Source of the DNA: Macrostomum lignano
Taxonomy: Eukaryota
DNA length: 64,000 nucleotides
NCBI GenBank assembly: GCA_002269645.1
Contig: NIVC01000347.1
Coordinates: 1 to 64,000 of the forward strand
Direction of reading: 5' to 3'
Shown here in pieces: positions 12,901-25,000 of this stretch (within the stretch, counting starts at the first letter, position 1; each line of letters starts with the position of its first letter). The notes below the pieces were generated by a model. The model worked only from the letters and a program-made list of their open reading frames with translations, did no database searches and was not told the DNA's origin. A program made the translations under genes and the position numbers.

Positions 12901-15900
12901 TTCATCGTCCGAATCATCTTTGTCACGATTGCGCTTGTGGGCGATGGCCATCGCTTTGCGAGCTTTCTCCATGCGCTCTAGCAGATTCGGATCGACAGCT
13001 TGCTTAATCCTTTCATTAGCTCGATCAACAAGCGACGCAGCAAGCTTTTCAATGCCTTTACGATCGTTCATAAAAACCAAAGCTGGTAAGCGACCCTGGG
13101 AATGAAGCCGATCAATTAGATCGGGAAATGCGCTAATAATATCAACGTCGGATAGAAACTCAAATTGTTGAGTTACATTCTGCTGGTCATCATTCAGCTG
13201 AATTGTAGTAAGTAGCTGGGTAGACTTTGCCTGCGAACTCTGACGAAGCAGCTCAGAGACAGTCCTTTTTAGGTCGACTTCCAATTCCCGAAATTGCGTC
13301 CTGTTTTAAAATCAAAGCGATTTAGCAGATGAGAAATATTTTAAAATTGACAACGCCCTAAATTCTAGGTCAAAATAACGTTAAATTTATCATTAAATGG
13401 AGTAGAAATGGCGAATTCTTACAAGTACGACATAAGGTCATTGAATTATCAGAAGCACTTAAACATTGTCTTATACTCCAGTAATACAAAAGTCTGCTTT
13501 TGATATGTTTGTGTTAAGTCCGACATAGTCTAATAGGCCCTCACAGGCGGTCGCGAAGGCGCACACCGCCCACTATACGCCCCACTTAGTTGTCCTACTG
13601 GGTGGTAGACTCAAGGCAAAAACGTTCTTGCTCATGAATTATTACCTAGTAATAGGCTTGTTGCCAAAAAACGATTCCGGTTTAAATTTCTGAAGAGCTT
13701 TAACAGCAGCTGGATCGTCGGCGAAGCATTTCAAAGCGGCTGACCACACCTCCGTAGATTCCTTCGGTGACAGCTTCAAATTCCGAGGAAATCCGTTAAT
13801 TCGCAATAGTTTGTCGCTCAGAAAAGCGCACGGATTAACTTCAGCTACACAGCCACTCTTGGGCAGATAAACAGAAGTGCGGATGTCTGAATAGCGCTCA
13901 GAGTAGGTCACCAGATTCACTTTGTAACCTTCTACAGCAACAAGAGCGACACCTTTCTGTCGCTGCTGTTTCTTATGCTTAGGCTGCATCGGCTGCGATT
14001 GCTTCAGAAGAGTCGAGTCTTGAACCTGAACAAACTGCTTTATGGTCTGCAGCCAGTCGTGAAAATAGTCTTTGTTAGAGATAGTCGCCGATAGGGCAAG
14101 AAACGGACACCGGATTAGGCAGAGCAAGTATTCCCAGACAATACCCCCAATCCCGGTGCCGATGCAGTGAACTTCGTCGAAGATCACATAGCGAATGCGG
14201 CTAGCCCAGCCTTGACGCCTGGGACTCAGCAGTAGCAGTTCAAGGCACTGCGGCACTGTCACCAAAATCTGACAGCTAGTTGCTTTGTGATTATAGTCTC
14301 GAGTAAATACTCCGCATAGCTCCATGCCGGGAGTCAGATTTGGCTTAGAAAACTTGGCACTAATGGAAGCCTGAACCTGATTCACTAAAGCTTTGGTTGG
14401 CGCTACATAAACAGCGACAGCCTCGTCGCTCATCTCCAGAACCTTTTTCATGCAGTAGTAAGAGCAGAACGTTTTACCGGACGATGTTGGAGCAACAATA
14501 ACGGCCGACTCGCGCCTGTCAACCACGTCTAGCAGTTCTCTTTGCCAGGTGTCGGGAATGAATCCCTTCACCCTGGGATCGGGATCGAATCGAACATTTC
14601 TCTGCATCAGATGGCCCATGTGCTGCATTTGAAAGTCACGATAGTTTAATGGACAGATGCATTCTTTTTCAACTTGCACATTCTTCAAGCGCTCCGCGTC
14701 TACACTAGAAACAGCGGCAGCCTCTTTGAATCCAACCATGATAAATAATTCGGCAATCTTGACGCGCAATTCAGAACTAATTATGCTATCCAACGGCTCA
14801 GTTGTGTACTTGTGCAGGGTTTGCACTAGATCTGCCAAGGCGCTGAATGACCTACCGCTGCATCCACTACTAGCACAGCTGGTCTTCCACAATGTGTACT
14901 GCTCTCGCATTACGAAAAGTACCGGCTCTTCGAAAATTCGATCCTGCACTGTGCAGGACTCGGCCATACGTGTGGCCTTAGCGATAGCCTGAGTCGGTTC
15001 CAATTTTTTAACGCTAAGCAACAGATTTTTCCACTGCTCCTTTAGCTTCTTCATATCTTTGTCGGCTTTGGCGCGCAAATTCTCTTCCTTGATGACGTCA
15101 GCTTTAGAAACAGGCTTCGACTTGCCTTTCGGTTGCTTCTGCTTCTGTTGGTTAGGCTTCTCGCCACCACTAGCCGATGCAGCGGACGCACCGCCAGAAC
15201 TGGTTGACAGTACGATAGTTTCGCTAGTCTCACCATGCAGCGATTTGCCGTACATGCTAATGTGATTCTGTAACTGTTGAATTTTCTTTAACTGTATCTT
15301 TCTAAGAATAGGATTGGAAGACAGCTCAGGCTCGTCTTGCTCTTCTAAATCGTCGCGAAGCTCCCGATTAACGTGCCAATGCCAGCGCTCGTCGAATAGC
15401 ATCGCTGAGTTCTGTCCAGCCTCGTTAGTTAATGATATGCAACCAGATGAACCGAGTTTGTCAAGAATTTCGCCGGCAAATTCTTTTAACAGACGATTGT
15501 CGATACGCTGAAGCGGTGCTGTTTCAACCGCCTGTTCATTGATGGGCTCCTGTGAGAGCGCCTGCTTAGAAATTGACAGCGGCAATAAAGGCAAGGCGTT
15601 CAAATGATGGGCACTGTTCAGTTTTTGCAGCTCGATAGAGATCTTAGAGGCGTAGCTTTCGTATCTAAAGAGGCGAAAAACGAATCAATTTTTTTGAATG
15701 AACTTGACGTAAACAAGATACAGTTAGAAAACTAATGATATTCACGTCAGATACTTTATTAATGGTGCTGTTGTTTTTTTAGCCATGACTATTATATGGC
15801 TTTTGCTTTTGTCATGCTCAGCCTATGGATCTCAGCCACCATTTGTTAGCTGGCTTTTCGAGACACTTTTCTGTGTTGGGTCATAGAAAGCTTGAAGAGT

Positions 15901-18254
15901 CATGCTAAAGGAAAACTTAATGGAAAAAGTAGCATCATGAATGAAATAATAACATGGATTGTTCGTCTGCCGAGCGTCTAGGAGGACTAGGACTATGGTC
16001 AAAGTTCTGGAATTTACCCCCGTACTAAAGCTATTGGCTGATGAAGTCTATTCAGTCTCTACTTACGACTTACAAGTTTGACTTCCTTTGGCACTTGCTT
16101 AGGGAATTCCTAGATGCCGTAATTTTGTCAAAAGGGAAATCCGAGAGTTCAAACGTTCATGGTTTTTTATCTTCAGCAGCCAGTCTACTTCATAGGGAGG
16201 GGCTACTTACAGACTTCATCAGCCAATAGCATTTGTATGGGACCAAATCCTAGAATGCTGACCATAGACGCATGGCAGATGAGCAATCCTTGTTATTCCT
16301 TCATCTATGAGTAGCATAGTCAAAGAAGGAATATGGATTCTTGGGCCATCCCATTACCATTGTCCCATCAATATGAACACATTTCAGTTTTTCATGGAAT
16401 TCCATTTGTGGAAATTTGAACCCTTTGCACGGACCCAACTGTATGTGATGGATTGAACCTTGTTTTTGTACTTTTATTGCAATATTTGTTATTGGACTTA
16501 AAACTCAAAGCAGCTTCAAGAAAAATGGCTATGCTTACATACACCTATGTAAGCATAGATAGTCTTGAAGAAAGAAAAATAAAGCTGAGGTCTTTAGTGG
16601 CGCTTCATTACCTGCATTTCTTGATTAATTGACTTTGAAAAAAACTTTCCTAATAAAATAAATAAGTTATTGAATGGACTGGCTGGTTTAAAGCCTCTGG
16701 AAAAGATAAACTATTATAGAACCGGTTAATTTATACTTACACCTAATCATATTTTTGTATGATACTGTATCAAAAAGTTTTGGAAAAAAATAATTGCAGT
16801 TGGCGCACAAGCGCACAAGCTGAGGTTGGAATAGGACATGTAGTGATAAGAAAGCAAAATGGATACTTTTTGCAAACTAGCTGAAAAATATCCTAAAATT
16901 TTACATGATGCAGTAGAAGACTGAATCCTAAACGTACCTAGCCAAAATAGATCTTGCTCGCGGGTGCCAGCCAGGCAGTTGGTTAATCATGACCTGACCA
17001 AATTGGCGATAGACGCAAACATCGATGAGATCAGCGATAGACTCTGGATCGGCGAATTCGCTAAGATCTTTCATTGGCAAGAGCTCAATCAGTAGGAATT
17101 CTGCCAACTCATTTAAGGAAGAGAGCCAATTCTGTGTCTTTATCTTGTCGTCTGTAGCAGCGGCTTCGTCGGCGCTTTTAGTAGCAGAAACAAGCTGGAG
17201 CCGGTCGTTTAACGTCATAGTTGACATGCAGGCAAAAAAGAGGCACCAACGGCTCACTTTTTCAATAACTTCGTCGTTGCTTTTGATGTTAGCACACTTA
17301 ACTAGAAGTCGGAGAGCAACTTTAACAGCGAGGTGGTCCTTCAAGCGGCTGCCTGGTTCTGAACAAAAAGAGAATAAAAAAGTTATTAGCTACCAGCTAA
17401 AATTAACAAACTTAAGCAATTAATCAACAAATAGAAATTTAAAACGTACGAATTGACTTAAAAGTGCCGTCAGCAACAGCTTCAGTGTTTAAATCTTCGA
17501 CACTTTTTTTAGCTGTGCCCTTGGATTCGAAAGATTTGTCAATATCAATAGCTTCATCATCAGTTTCATCGACCTTTGACAATTGAACATCTTTATGTGA
17601 TTGCTTCTTAAATAATCTGTCATCCAATGACATCCATTGTACACAAGAGGCATGTAGTTTCATGTCATTCTGGCGCAGGCTGCTAATATAAGCAACTGGC
17701 ACCCTGCAAGCCAGGCTAGACAAAGCCAAAAGCCTTTGTTTGGTGGATTTGCCATAGCCAACACCGTCGTGAAGCATAAAGAAGAGAGGCTTCTCTTCCT
17801 TCAAATAGTTAAGCCAGGCTGGGTCGAAGCAAGACTTGGCCAATTCGGTGTGCACAGGCACTGAACAGTTGATGTCAAGGTGCAACTGCATAGCGCGCCT
17901 AAACAGATCCATCAGTGGATCATTAAAAAAACTATTAAAATAAACAACTTGACAGTCACCGCCGTGATCTTTGAGTAGTTTCAGAATCGATTCGGCTAAA
18001 TAAAACAAATGCAACTGCTGACCATATTGCCACCCAACAGTGGCCGCAGCCTCCATCAGTAAAGATTCACCATCAAGCACATAGAATTCGCCATCAACTC
18101 GATCTTGGAAAAGTGGCATCAGTTTGGCAGAGAGTGCAAAACTAGCCAATTTTGACTTGCACATTGACCCAGGCTTCTTCTTTGGTTCAAACTGGCATTC
18201 TGTTTGCAGCCTTAGCTGCTCTAAATCTTTGCCTAGATTTTTGCCTTGTTTGTC
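6945..18254 (-). CDS. DDX60: DDX60-like Ski2/DExH RNA helicase, 7 exons, ~1800 aa, with inserted ZZ zinc finger
   Basis: Exons (minus) 18254-17450, 17358-16938, 15664-13646, 13300-12655, 9182-8742, 8319-7886 and 7571-6945, all with phase-compatible GT-AG sites. Motifs: N-terminal EFYVLDGESLL...QQLHLFYLAE; PDTWQRELLDVVD..ESAVIVAPTSSGKT (motif I); DEVH (II); LALSATI (III); GVCYHHAG; ATATLALGVHMPCK; QMAGRSGRRGFD (VI); C-terminal LNAYALDF.H....DN...EGD...LLKDF. These match DDX60 as I recall it. Confidence 0.93.
9262..9720 (+). mobile_element. Penelope-like element remnant (GIY-YIG endonuclease) in DDX60 intron 4
   Basis: Broken translation KIKKLFRKNLKAEIPVVFRTEKI...GFVYKFNCSDDQSISYIGKTKRHMYTRIREH*...NSVINEHL...LLDAMHIK...PTLNNQ, the PLE GIY-YIG signature, with stops. 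Confidence 0.8.
9860..11450 (-). mobile_element. Decayed Ty3/Gypsy gag-pol fragment in DDX60 intron 4
   Basis: CCHC knuckle CNYCNRPGHKQARC (~11270-11330). Protease-region VANG...LG fragment. RT motifs PPRRIPPHIRPEIDEEI, VRKKDGSIMLCLDYRRLN, FSTLDLASGYHQ and NAPATF..L, spread over several frames. Confidence 0.9.
11451..12290 (-). mobile_element. LTR-like segment
   Basis: Ends ...TATCACA on the minus strand at 11451. Minus-strand TATAAAT at 11817-11823 and CCAAT/ATTGG boxes at ~12076-12096. Outer boundary and partner LTR not identified. Confidence 0.45.
11842..11988. repeat. 7 x 21-bp perfect tandem repeat CCCTGGGGTATCGTATCGCTA
   Basis: Direct reading. Flanked by imperfect inverted repeats GCTAGCTGG...CCTGGGG (11828-11849) and CCCCAGGCCCAGCTAGC (11989-12005). 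Confidence 0.97.
15941..16304. mobile_element. Foldback/MITE-like palindromic element in DDX60 intron 2
   Basis: Nested inverted repeats: GCTATTGGCTGATGAAGTCT (~16030-16049) vs AGACTTCATCAGCCAATAGC (16211-16230), with outer arms at 15941-15985 and 16262-16304. Confidence 0.6.
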
Positions 18255-19904
18255 CTGAAGTATAAAAAACAATTTTGATACAATGATATTGGGCCAATGG
18301 ATAGGAACTAAGTAGATTTAAATTGCATATAAACTGTGCCCCCAAAACATTCCACAGCAGTTAGCAAAAGGTCTGGTCAACTAAATGATATGTAAGTATA
18401 AATTACAACCCTACAATTGCCAAGTTTATTAATTTGTAAGTCCTTGTGGAGAACTGATAAAAAATGCAATTTTTGCCCATGTTCACTTTGCCAATGTTGC
18501 CACTCTGGGCAACTGCATTCAGGACATGTTTCATAAAGTCTGTACAAGACCAGACTTCACTGGTTGACAAAAATTACAAAAAATTACAATACTTGAAACT
18601 TCTTATTTAAATGTAAAAATATTGCAGTAATTATAATTTTTCATACAATGATGATTGTAATAATTATCAGCAAATTTTAAGTCCTTGAATGGCTACTAAA
18701 TTGTGGTCAGGGAGTTAGTAAAAAAATGTCATATTTTTCATTAGCTCTTTTATTTATTTGACAAAGTATATCAAAACTTTTGATTAACTAAAATCTTTTA
18801 ATATTTCCCTTGTAATTAATTGTAGTAATTCTTATGTTAGCTTTAAACAATTGCAAACATTTCGAAATTTCAATCAATGATTAAAATGTGCACAGCCTTT
18901 TGAAAAAACAGTATTAATTGTATCTAACTCTTTGTCTACCTTAGGGCCTATTTGAAAAAAGGTATTGCTTGGATAATGTTTTTGTTTTAATGAAAAGCAA
19001 CTTTTTTCAGACCAAAGTAATGTAAATTATTTGATCTCTGATTTGCTCTCCCTACCTACCCCTTGCTCTCCCTAGCTACCCCCTACTCTCCCTAGCTACC
19101 CTTGCTCCTTAGCTACCCCCTGCTCTCCCTAGATTCTCATTGGTCCCTTCAATTACTCAACCTCCCCTTGCCTTCTCTAGCCATCTTGTCTTCTATCTAC
19201 CCAGTGCTGACCCTAGAAAGTAGCTATCCCATAGCTTTTTTATCACTTTTTTCTGAATTGGTTTTGATTTTAGTAGTGTTGACAGTTAATTATTCTTGAT
19301 TTGCATATTTTTGTTAACTATTATTTTTTAACATTAATTTTTTAAGTTAACATTAAGCACATATAGCAAAGGCAAGAGTTTTCTATTCTTCTGATTACTT
19401 TTGTTGCCTGCACTATAGTCTTTTACCATTCTCAGATCTCAGTTGTCTGACTTTTGTAGAAAATGTCATTATATTACTTATATATTGACCAACTGCTCTA
19501 CAATAGCTGCATGGCCACACACCAAGATGGCCACAGCTGGGGTGGGGGTCACGGAAAATGACAGCTGGTTTATTATTGGATAGCTTCGGGTGGGGAGATG
19601 TGGGGTTGCAATGGGGGGGGGTTTAGACAGGCAGTCAAAATTTTATTAGCATATTGCAGGGCTAAAGACAAAAATGGTCACGAGTCTTAATTTCCTACTT
19701 ATAGTGGGCCCTAAGAGGTATAAATGTATTTTCCATTAAACAAATCTCTTCTTCATATAAAATCTGGTGTAGCTTTTTTCCATTTCTCTTATTGGTCGAG
19801 ACTAATTTATTTGTTTAAAGGGATAAAAACTGGGTAAATTTCATGCCCTGTTCAAAATTCATCTGTCTCATTCACTGACAGCAGTCTAAGCACTTAGATA
19901 CAAA

Positions 19905-20628
19905 ATGGCAGGCGCATATCCATGTGTGGTCTGTCTGCAGCCAGTTTGCGATGGACAAGAAGCAATTGAGTGTTCTCAATGCTTGAATTGGCAGCACCAT
20001 GCATGTGATAGTCGCGTCACAGTCGATCAGTATTCTGCAATGAGAAATGTCGGTGAGTTTTTCTGGCTTTGCAATCAATGCAATAGACGGGCTCCTGCAG
20101 GTAACATAGCAGTGTCTCAAGCTGCAGATGCTGCAGTGGTACATGTACAAGCCCCGAATTCTGGACCAGCGGCTGTTCCTCTGCCTGCTGAAAATCCAGA
20201 ACCAGTGCATTTGATTCCGGCACAAGCAGAAAATTTTCTACACCAGTATCCAGATTTCAATGACCCTGATCCAGCTCTGGAAGAATCCATTCAAATTTCT
20301 CCAGCAGAGCTTGCACCGCCCCGCAGCCCACCTCCCCAGCCCTTTGAGATTCTTACAGGTGCAGGATGCAGTCATGGAAAAGACCTTCTAGTGCAGTATG
20401 CCCAACGAGACCTTGGCCATCTGATGGATGCAAAAACGCGGCGAAATGGCAATACGTACTATTGCTGCACTAAGCGTTTATCACTGCACTGTCATGGCTC
20501 CGCAGTCCGCCGTGCTGATGGAACCATAGAAGCCCTTGCTCCGCACATGTGCAATCCAGTTGATTGGCCAGCTCAGAAAAGAAAAGTAGCAAAGGAGGTA
20601 AAGGAGGGAGCAAAGCGCATGTTGTTTC
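19905..20628 (+). pseudogene. PHD finger + FLYWCH-like protein (Mutator/MULE-transposase-like N-terminus), interrupted by an LTR retrotransposon
   Basis: C4HC3 pattern CVVC...C..GQEAIECSQCLNWQHHAC...WLCNQC; FLYWCH-like GKDLLV...NGNTYYCCTKR..LHCHGS...H.C. The last ~28 codons of ORF 19905..20714 are LTR sequence. Confidence 0.7.
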
Positions 20629-21686
20629 TGAAGTACTGGTGTCTTGCTGCTTCCCAATCAGTTGCGAGAGCTGCCTACCTTGAGCTCCTCTGGGAAGTCT
20701 CCAGGTTGATCTAGTAGCGTCGGTAGTGCTGCCACCAGCTTCGCAGAGTCGCAGCCTTCGGTGAGGTGCTGAGCTCGTAGAAGCAAATAATTAAGACGAG
20801 AGAAAGAGACTCGCACTCCGTGCAGATTTAGCAGTTCTCGCGCAGAGGTGCCCACCGTCAGCAGTCCCTGCCGGGCTAGTGCGGGGTGAGAGCGAAAGTG
20901 CTAGCTTCGGGCGGTCTGAGCTGGCCTGCTAGCTGATAGCAGGAACAATCAGAGGCAGTCACGCGCAAAGTCGGGAGTTTGGAGTTCACTTGAAGCGCAA
21001 ACTGGGCACACAAACTTAGAGTTCGCTAGAAACGAAAACGGGACGCGGAAAACGCTAGAAACGGTAGGAACGGAAGGAACGAAAGGAAACGCAAGGAAAA
21101 CGCGCTTGCCTGAGCCAAGCCATGAGAGGGGCCGCATTTATAGGGAGGATCGATTGCACCATAGCACGAAAGGCCCCCGCTGAGAGTCATAAGTGACTCT
21201 GTTGCTATTTTTAGCAACAAACAAGCGGGCCCTGCCTCAGAGGAGGCAAAGGGGGGGTCCGGGCGCACGTGATCTCCCCATAAACACGAGCCCAGCGTAC
21301 AATGATGAAATCATTGCACTTTGGACTAAAGAAGGAAGAGGGCCTTGTCATGTGACTGACTCACATGACAAGGGGAAAAGGCCCACAAGTGAAGGCACTC
21401 GTGACCGTGGGACCGGAAAACAGAAAGGCATTCCAAATTTGGAGATGCCAAACAGGGAACGAAACAGAGGCAGGCCAGACCAAGCTGTCTGGGCACTGCA
21501 AAAAAGGGAAAACGAGACAAAAGGGGGCAAACGAGGACAAACAGACAGACAGACAAACGGGCAGAGGACAGGCCAGGGGACAGGCGGGAGGGACAGGCAA
21601 CTGCCCAGCGGCAGACAGAAACCTGGGAGAAGGCGAGGGCAACAGCTGACTAGTGCGGCGCCTAACTAAACTAGCGACTCACTACA
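20629..21686 (-). repeat. 3' LTR
   Basis: Near-identical to 29496-30552. Differences seen: one A/G substitution and one 1-bp indel in an A run. Confidence 0.97.
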
Positions 21687-21694
21687 CTCTCCCC
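21687..21694 (-). other. Polypurine tract
   Basis: GGGGAGAG on the minus strand, directly abutting the 3' LTR start TGTAGTG. Confidence 0.8.
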
Positions 21695-22049
21695 GTTCAA
21701 ATAAAGAGGCGGAGTGAAGCGGCGCGCGCTTTATTTAAAACAAGATGAACATGCATTTACTGACCAAAGAGAAACAACTTAAACATGAACGGCAAAATTT
21801 CTGTCTTTAACTGCTTGGCTGGGCAGGCCAAAAAGGTTGTTGCCCGCTACCGCAGGGGCGCCGGCCTGCTATTAGCAAGGCGCCTAAATACGAAGTGGGG
21901 GCGCCAGCCCACCAGAAAAAAGAAAACAGGGGGGCGCCTAAGCACGCGTGGAGACATCTCCATCCCTAACTGGGAGAGAGTTGCGGGTTGGCGAGATCAC
22001 CTCATCCTGAATACCATAGTTAAATTGCAGCTTCTTCGTCACAATTGTT

Positions 22050-25000
22050 TCAGAAATACTGCATCGACGGCCGGGCCAGGGCCGCCGGCAGCTCTGCCTC
22101 GCTGCCGCCGAGATGCCGGGCGATCTCGATTGCGGCCAGGTGTACAGCGAATGGGCGGCTCGGTTGCTGCAGGTCTGGACCGCCCAGACGAACGGCTTCT
22201 TCGAGCAGCGCCGCGCGCTCTTCCATTGTCGTCCAGCGCAGGCTGCTCCAGACAGGTCCAGCGAACACCTGGGGCCAATGACCGTGTCGAGCCGCGGCGA
22301 CCAGGAGGTTGCGCGCCAGACCAGCACCGGCCATCAACAGAGCCGCCCGCGCTTCGTCGGTGGGCGAAGCTGGCTCCGGGTCGGCCGTTTGCGTGCTGGC
22401 ATTCGCCATCGTTGGCGGATTCTCTGGCGTTGACGGTGGCGCACGTGGTAACTCGCGGCTCAGTGCGGCCGTCAGGCCGTCCCACAGACCGGCCGGCTCA
22501 GCCGATTCCTCTTGGCCGGCTCTCGGCGACGGGGCGCCTTCGACCAAGGACATGGGGGACCCGGGCTGCGGGGGGTCCCTTGGGCCTCCGGCGACGGCCT
22601 CGCTAAGATCATTTCGGTGCGCCTCCAGGTGGCCGGGCTCCGGGTCGGGATCTGGAAAGGTGGCTCGTATCTGGCGGCGGACCGCGCGTAACCCGCGGCT
22701 CACCTCCTGCTCTAGTTGAGCATAGGCAAGGGCAGCTGCCAGCCGCTGAGCCGTGAGCCGGCGAACCGGGGCATCGCCCGGTGGCGAGTCACCCGTGAGG
22801 TCAATGACCTCGGGGAGTTCCACGCGGACCGTTCCTCGGGCTCGGTGGCTAGGTCGGCTCCGTCGCATCTCGGGTGATGGGGAGTCGTTGCGACTCTCTC
22901 GCTCCCTCCCACGCCGGGGTGGGCGCACCGGGTGCTCCTGACCATCGGGCTGCAGCAATTGCCGCGACGCTAAAGGTCGGCGCGGGATACCCATGACCTC
23001 CGGGGAGGACGGGGTTCCCTGCCTGTGGCGGCTCCGGCTAGGCCGACCCTGCTCATCCTCAGAGGACGCGCTTGAGTTCGCCTGATAAGGACGCTTGTGC
23101 ATTGCTGCGCTGAAATGTTTTAATTTGTGCACACGCATGCGGGCGGTGCGACTGACGTACGTTTTGGCCCTAGGATCGGTAATCAGAAGCCTCTCCGGCG
23201 GCCTCCGATCCCTAACTGGCCTACCTACCACTACTGGTATGGGAGACGCTTCCACCTGAGTGGTGCAAGAAGGTGGCGCAGGAGACTGCACCGCCGAAAA
23301 AGGTTCGGGAAGGGGGAACGCATGGACAGGTGAAAAAGAAGCAGCAGGTGCAGACGCATTCAAACCAGGCACACCATCATGGCGATCACCATACGGCAGT
23401 GGCTCACGCCGAAATGCACTTGCCTGGTTCGCTGGTGTCGTGACCGGTCCACCTCCTGGCCGCACATCCGGGATCGCCAACGGCCGGAAGTGCCACCGGA
23501 AGGCCGGCCATGCGTCATCGTCATCATCATCATCGTCGGGATCGTCCTCCGGGATCGGTGTCAGGGTCGCGGGTCCTGCACCGTCCGGGACATCAGTCGA
23601 CCTGCGGTGCTTCTTGGCCTTGTCGACTTCTGGATCTGAAGTCAGCTGGTAGTCGGCATCAGGTACGAGTAGCAGATTCCGGCGATGGACTACTAGCTCG
23701 TCGCGCCTGGCCCGCGGGTTTGGCACTCTACGGCGAATCTTGTAGACGACCTCGCCCTTGGGTTCGACTACCTCGTACAGCGCTTTGCGAGGTCGATGGA
23801 ACTTCGCCGCTTCATCCGGTTCGAGCACCGGGTTGTTGAGGAAAACCAGGTCACCAGGTTGGAGCTTCTTGGCGGCGGGCAGGTTCGAATAGTGCTCGTC
23901 GCGCAGTTGCTGATGCAGATGCAGGCGTTCTTTAGCTAGCTCAGTCGCTTCGTCTAAACGGCGCTGGAAGTCCTTGACATAGTCAGGCAGATTGGCATAC
24001 TCCGGCAGCTTCTTGATCGCGTTGTCGATTGGTAGTCGAAAGTCTCGACCAAACACCAGGTAGTGAGGCGTGAAACCTGTCACCGGGTGTACACTAGAGC
24101 GGAGCGCCATCAAGCAGGCTGGGAGGAAGGTGTCCCAGTCGTTATGGTTGCGCTCGAGGAGGCAGGTGAGGACACTCTTCAGCTGCTTGTTGAGGTTCTC
24201 GACTTGCCCATTTGAAGCTGGATTGTACGGTGTTGTCGTCGTATGCCGGATGCCAAACAGGTCGCAGAACTTCTTGAAAGCTGAGCCAGTGAAATTGGTT
24301 CCTTGATCAGTGTGTATCCAGCATGGTACACCAAAGTCAGGGATCAAGCGCTCCTGCAGGATCTTGATGACCGTCTTGGCTTTCTGGTTCCTCATCGGAT
24401 AGGCGAACGGGTACTTCGACGTCGCGTCGCATAGCGTCAAGATGTAGCGGTTCCCGCTCTTGCTCTTCTGGGCAATTGGGCCTACTACGTCGCAATGTAC
24501 TCTTCCCAGGACTTCGCACACAGGGAAGCTCTGTACAGGTACTCGGTCTCGTCTTCGGGATTTACTTTCAAGACAGGCGCGGCACTTACTGATAAAGTTC
24601 TCGGTGACACGGGCTAATCCGGGCCTCCAGAATCGTTCACGTAGCCGCTTCAATGTCTTCGTCTGGCCGAGGTGTCCACACAGTGGCGAACTGTGAAGCT
24701 CCTGGAGCACCTGGGCATCTAGAGCTTCGGGCAGGACAACCTTCGGGGGCTGCTGGCCATCAGTCAGATCGATCATCAGCAGGCCGTTGTCTTCTCGCAG
24801 ATTATCATAATATCCGAGCAGATTCCGCTGCTCCTTCGTCAGTCGCAACCGGGCGTCGAACTCAGGCTTCGGGACTTTGTTCTCGACCAAGTTGAGTACG
24901 TAGCTGATTGCTCGGTCGGCGCGCTGCGCGTCGACAAACTGTTGCCGCGTCATCGGCAACCTCAGAAAATCAGTGAGCACGGCGCGGCATGGCTGAGGGT

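Noticed and set aside
21785-22606. 273-aa plus-strand ORF antisense to the pol tail, and the many short ORFs within pol and the LTRs
   Set aside because: They have GC-rich shadow-ORF character and no motifs, and overlap a fully open pol frame.
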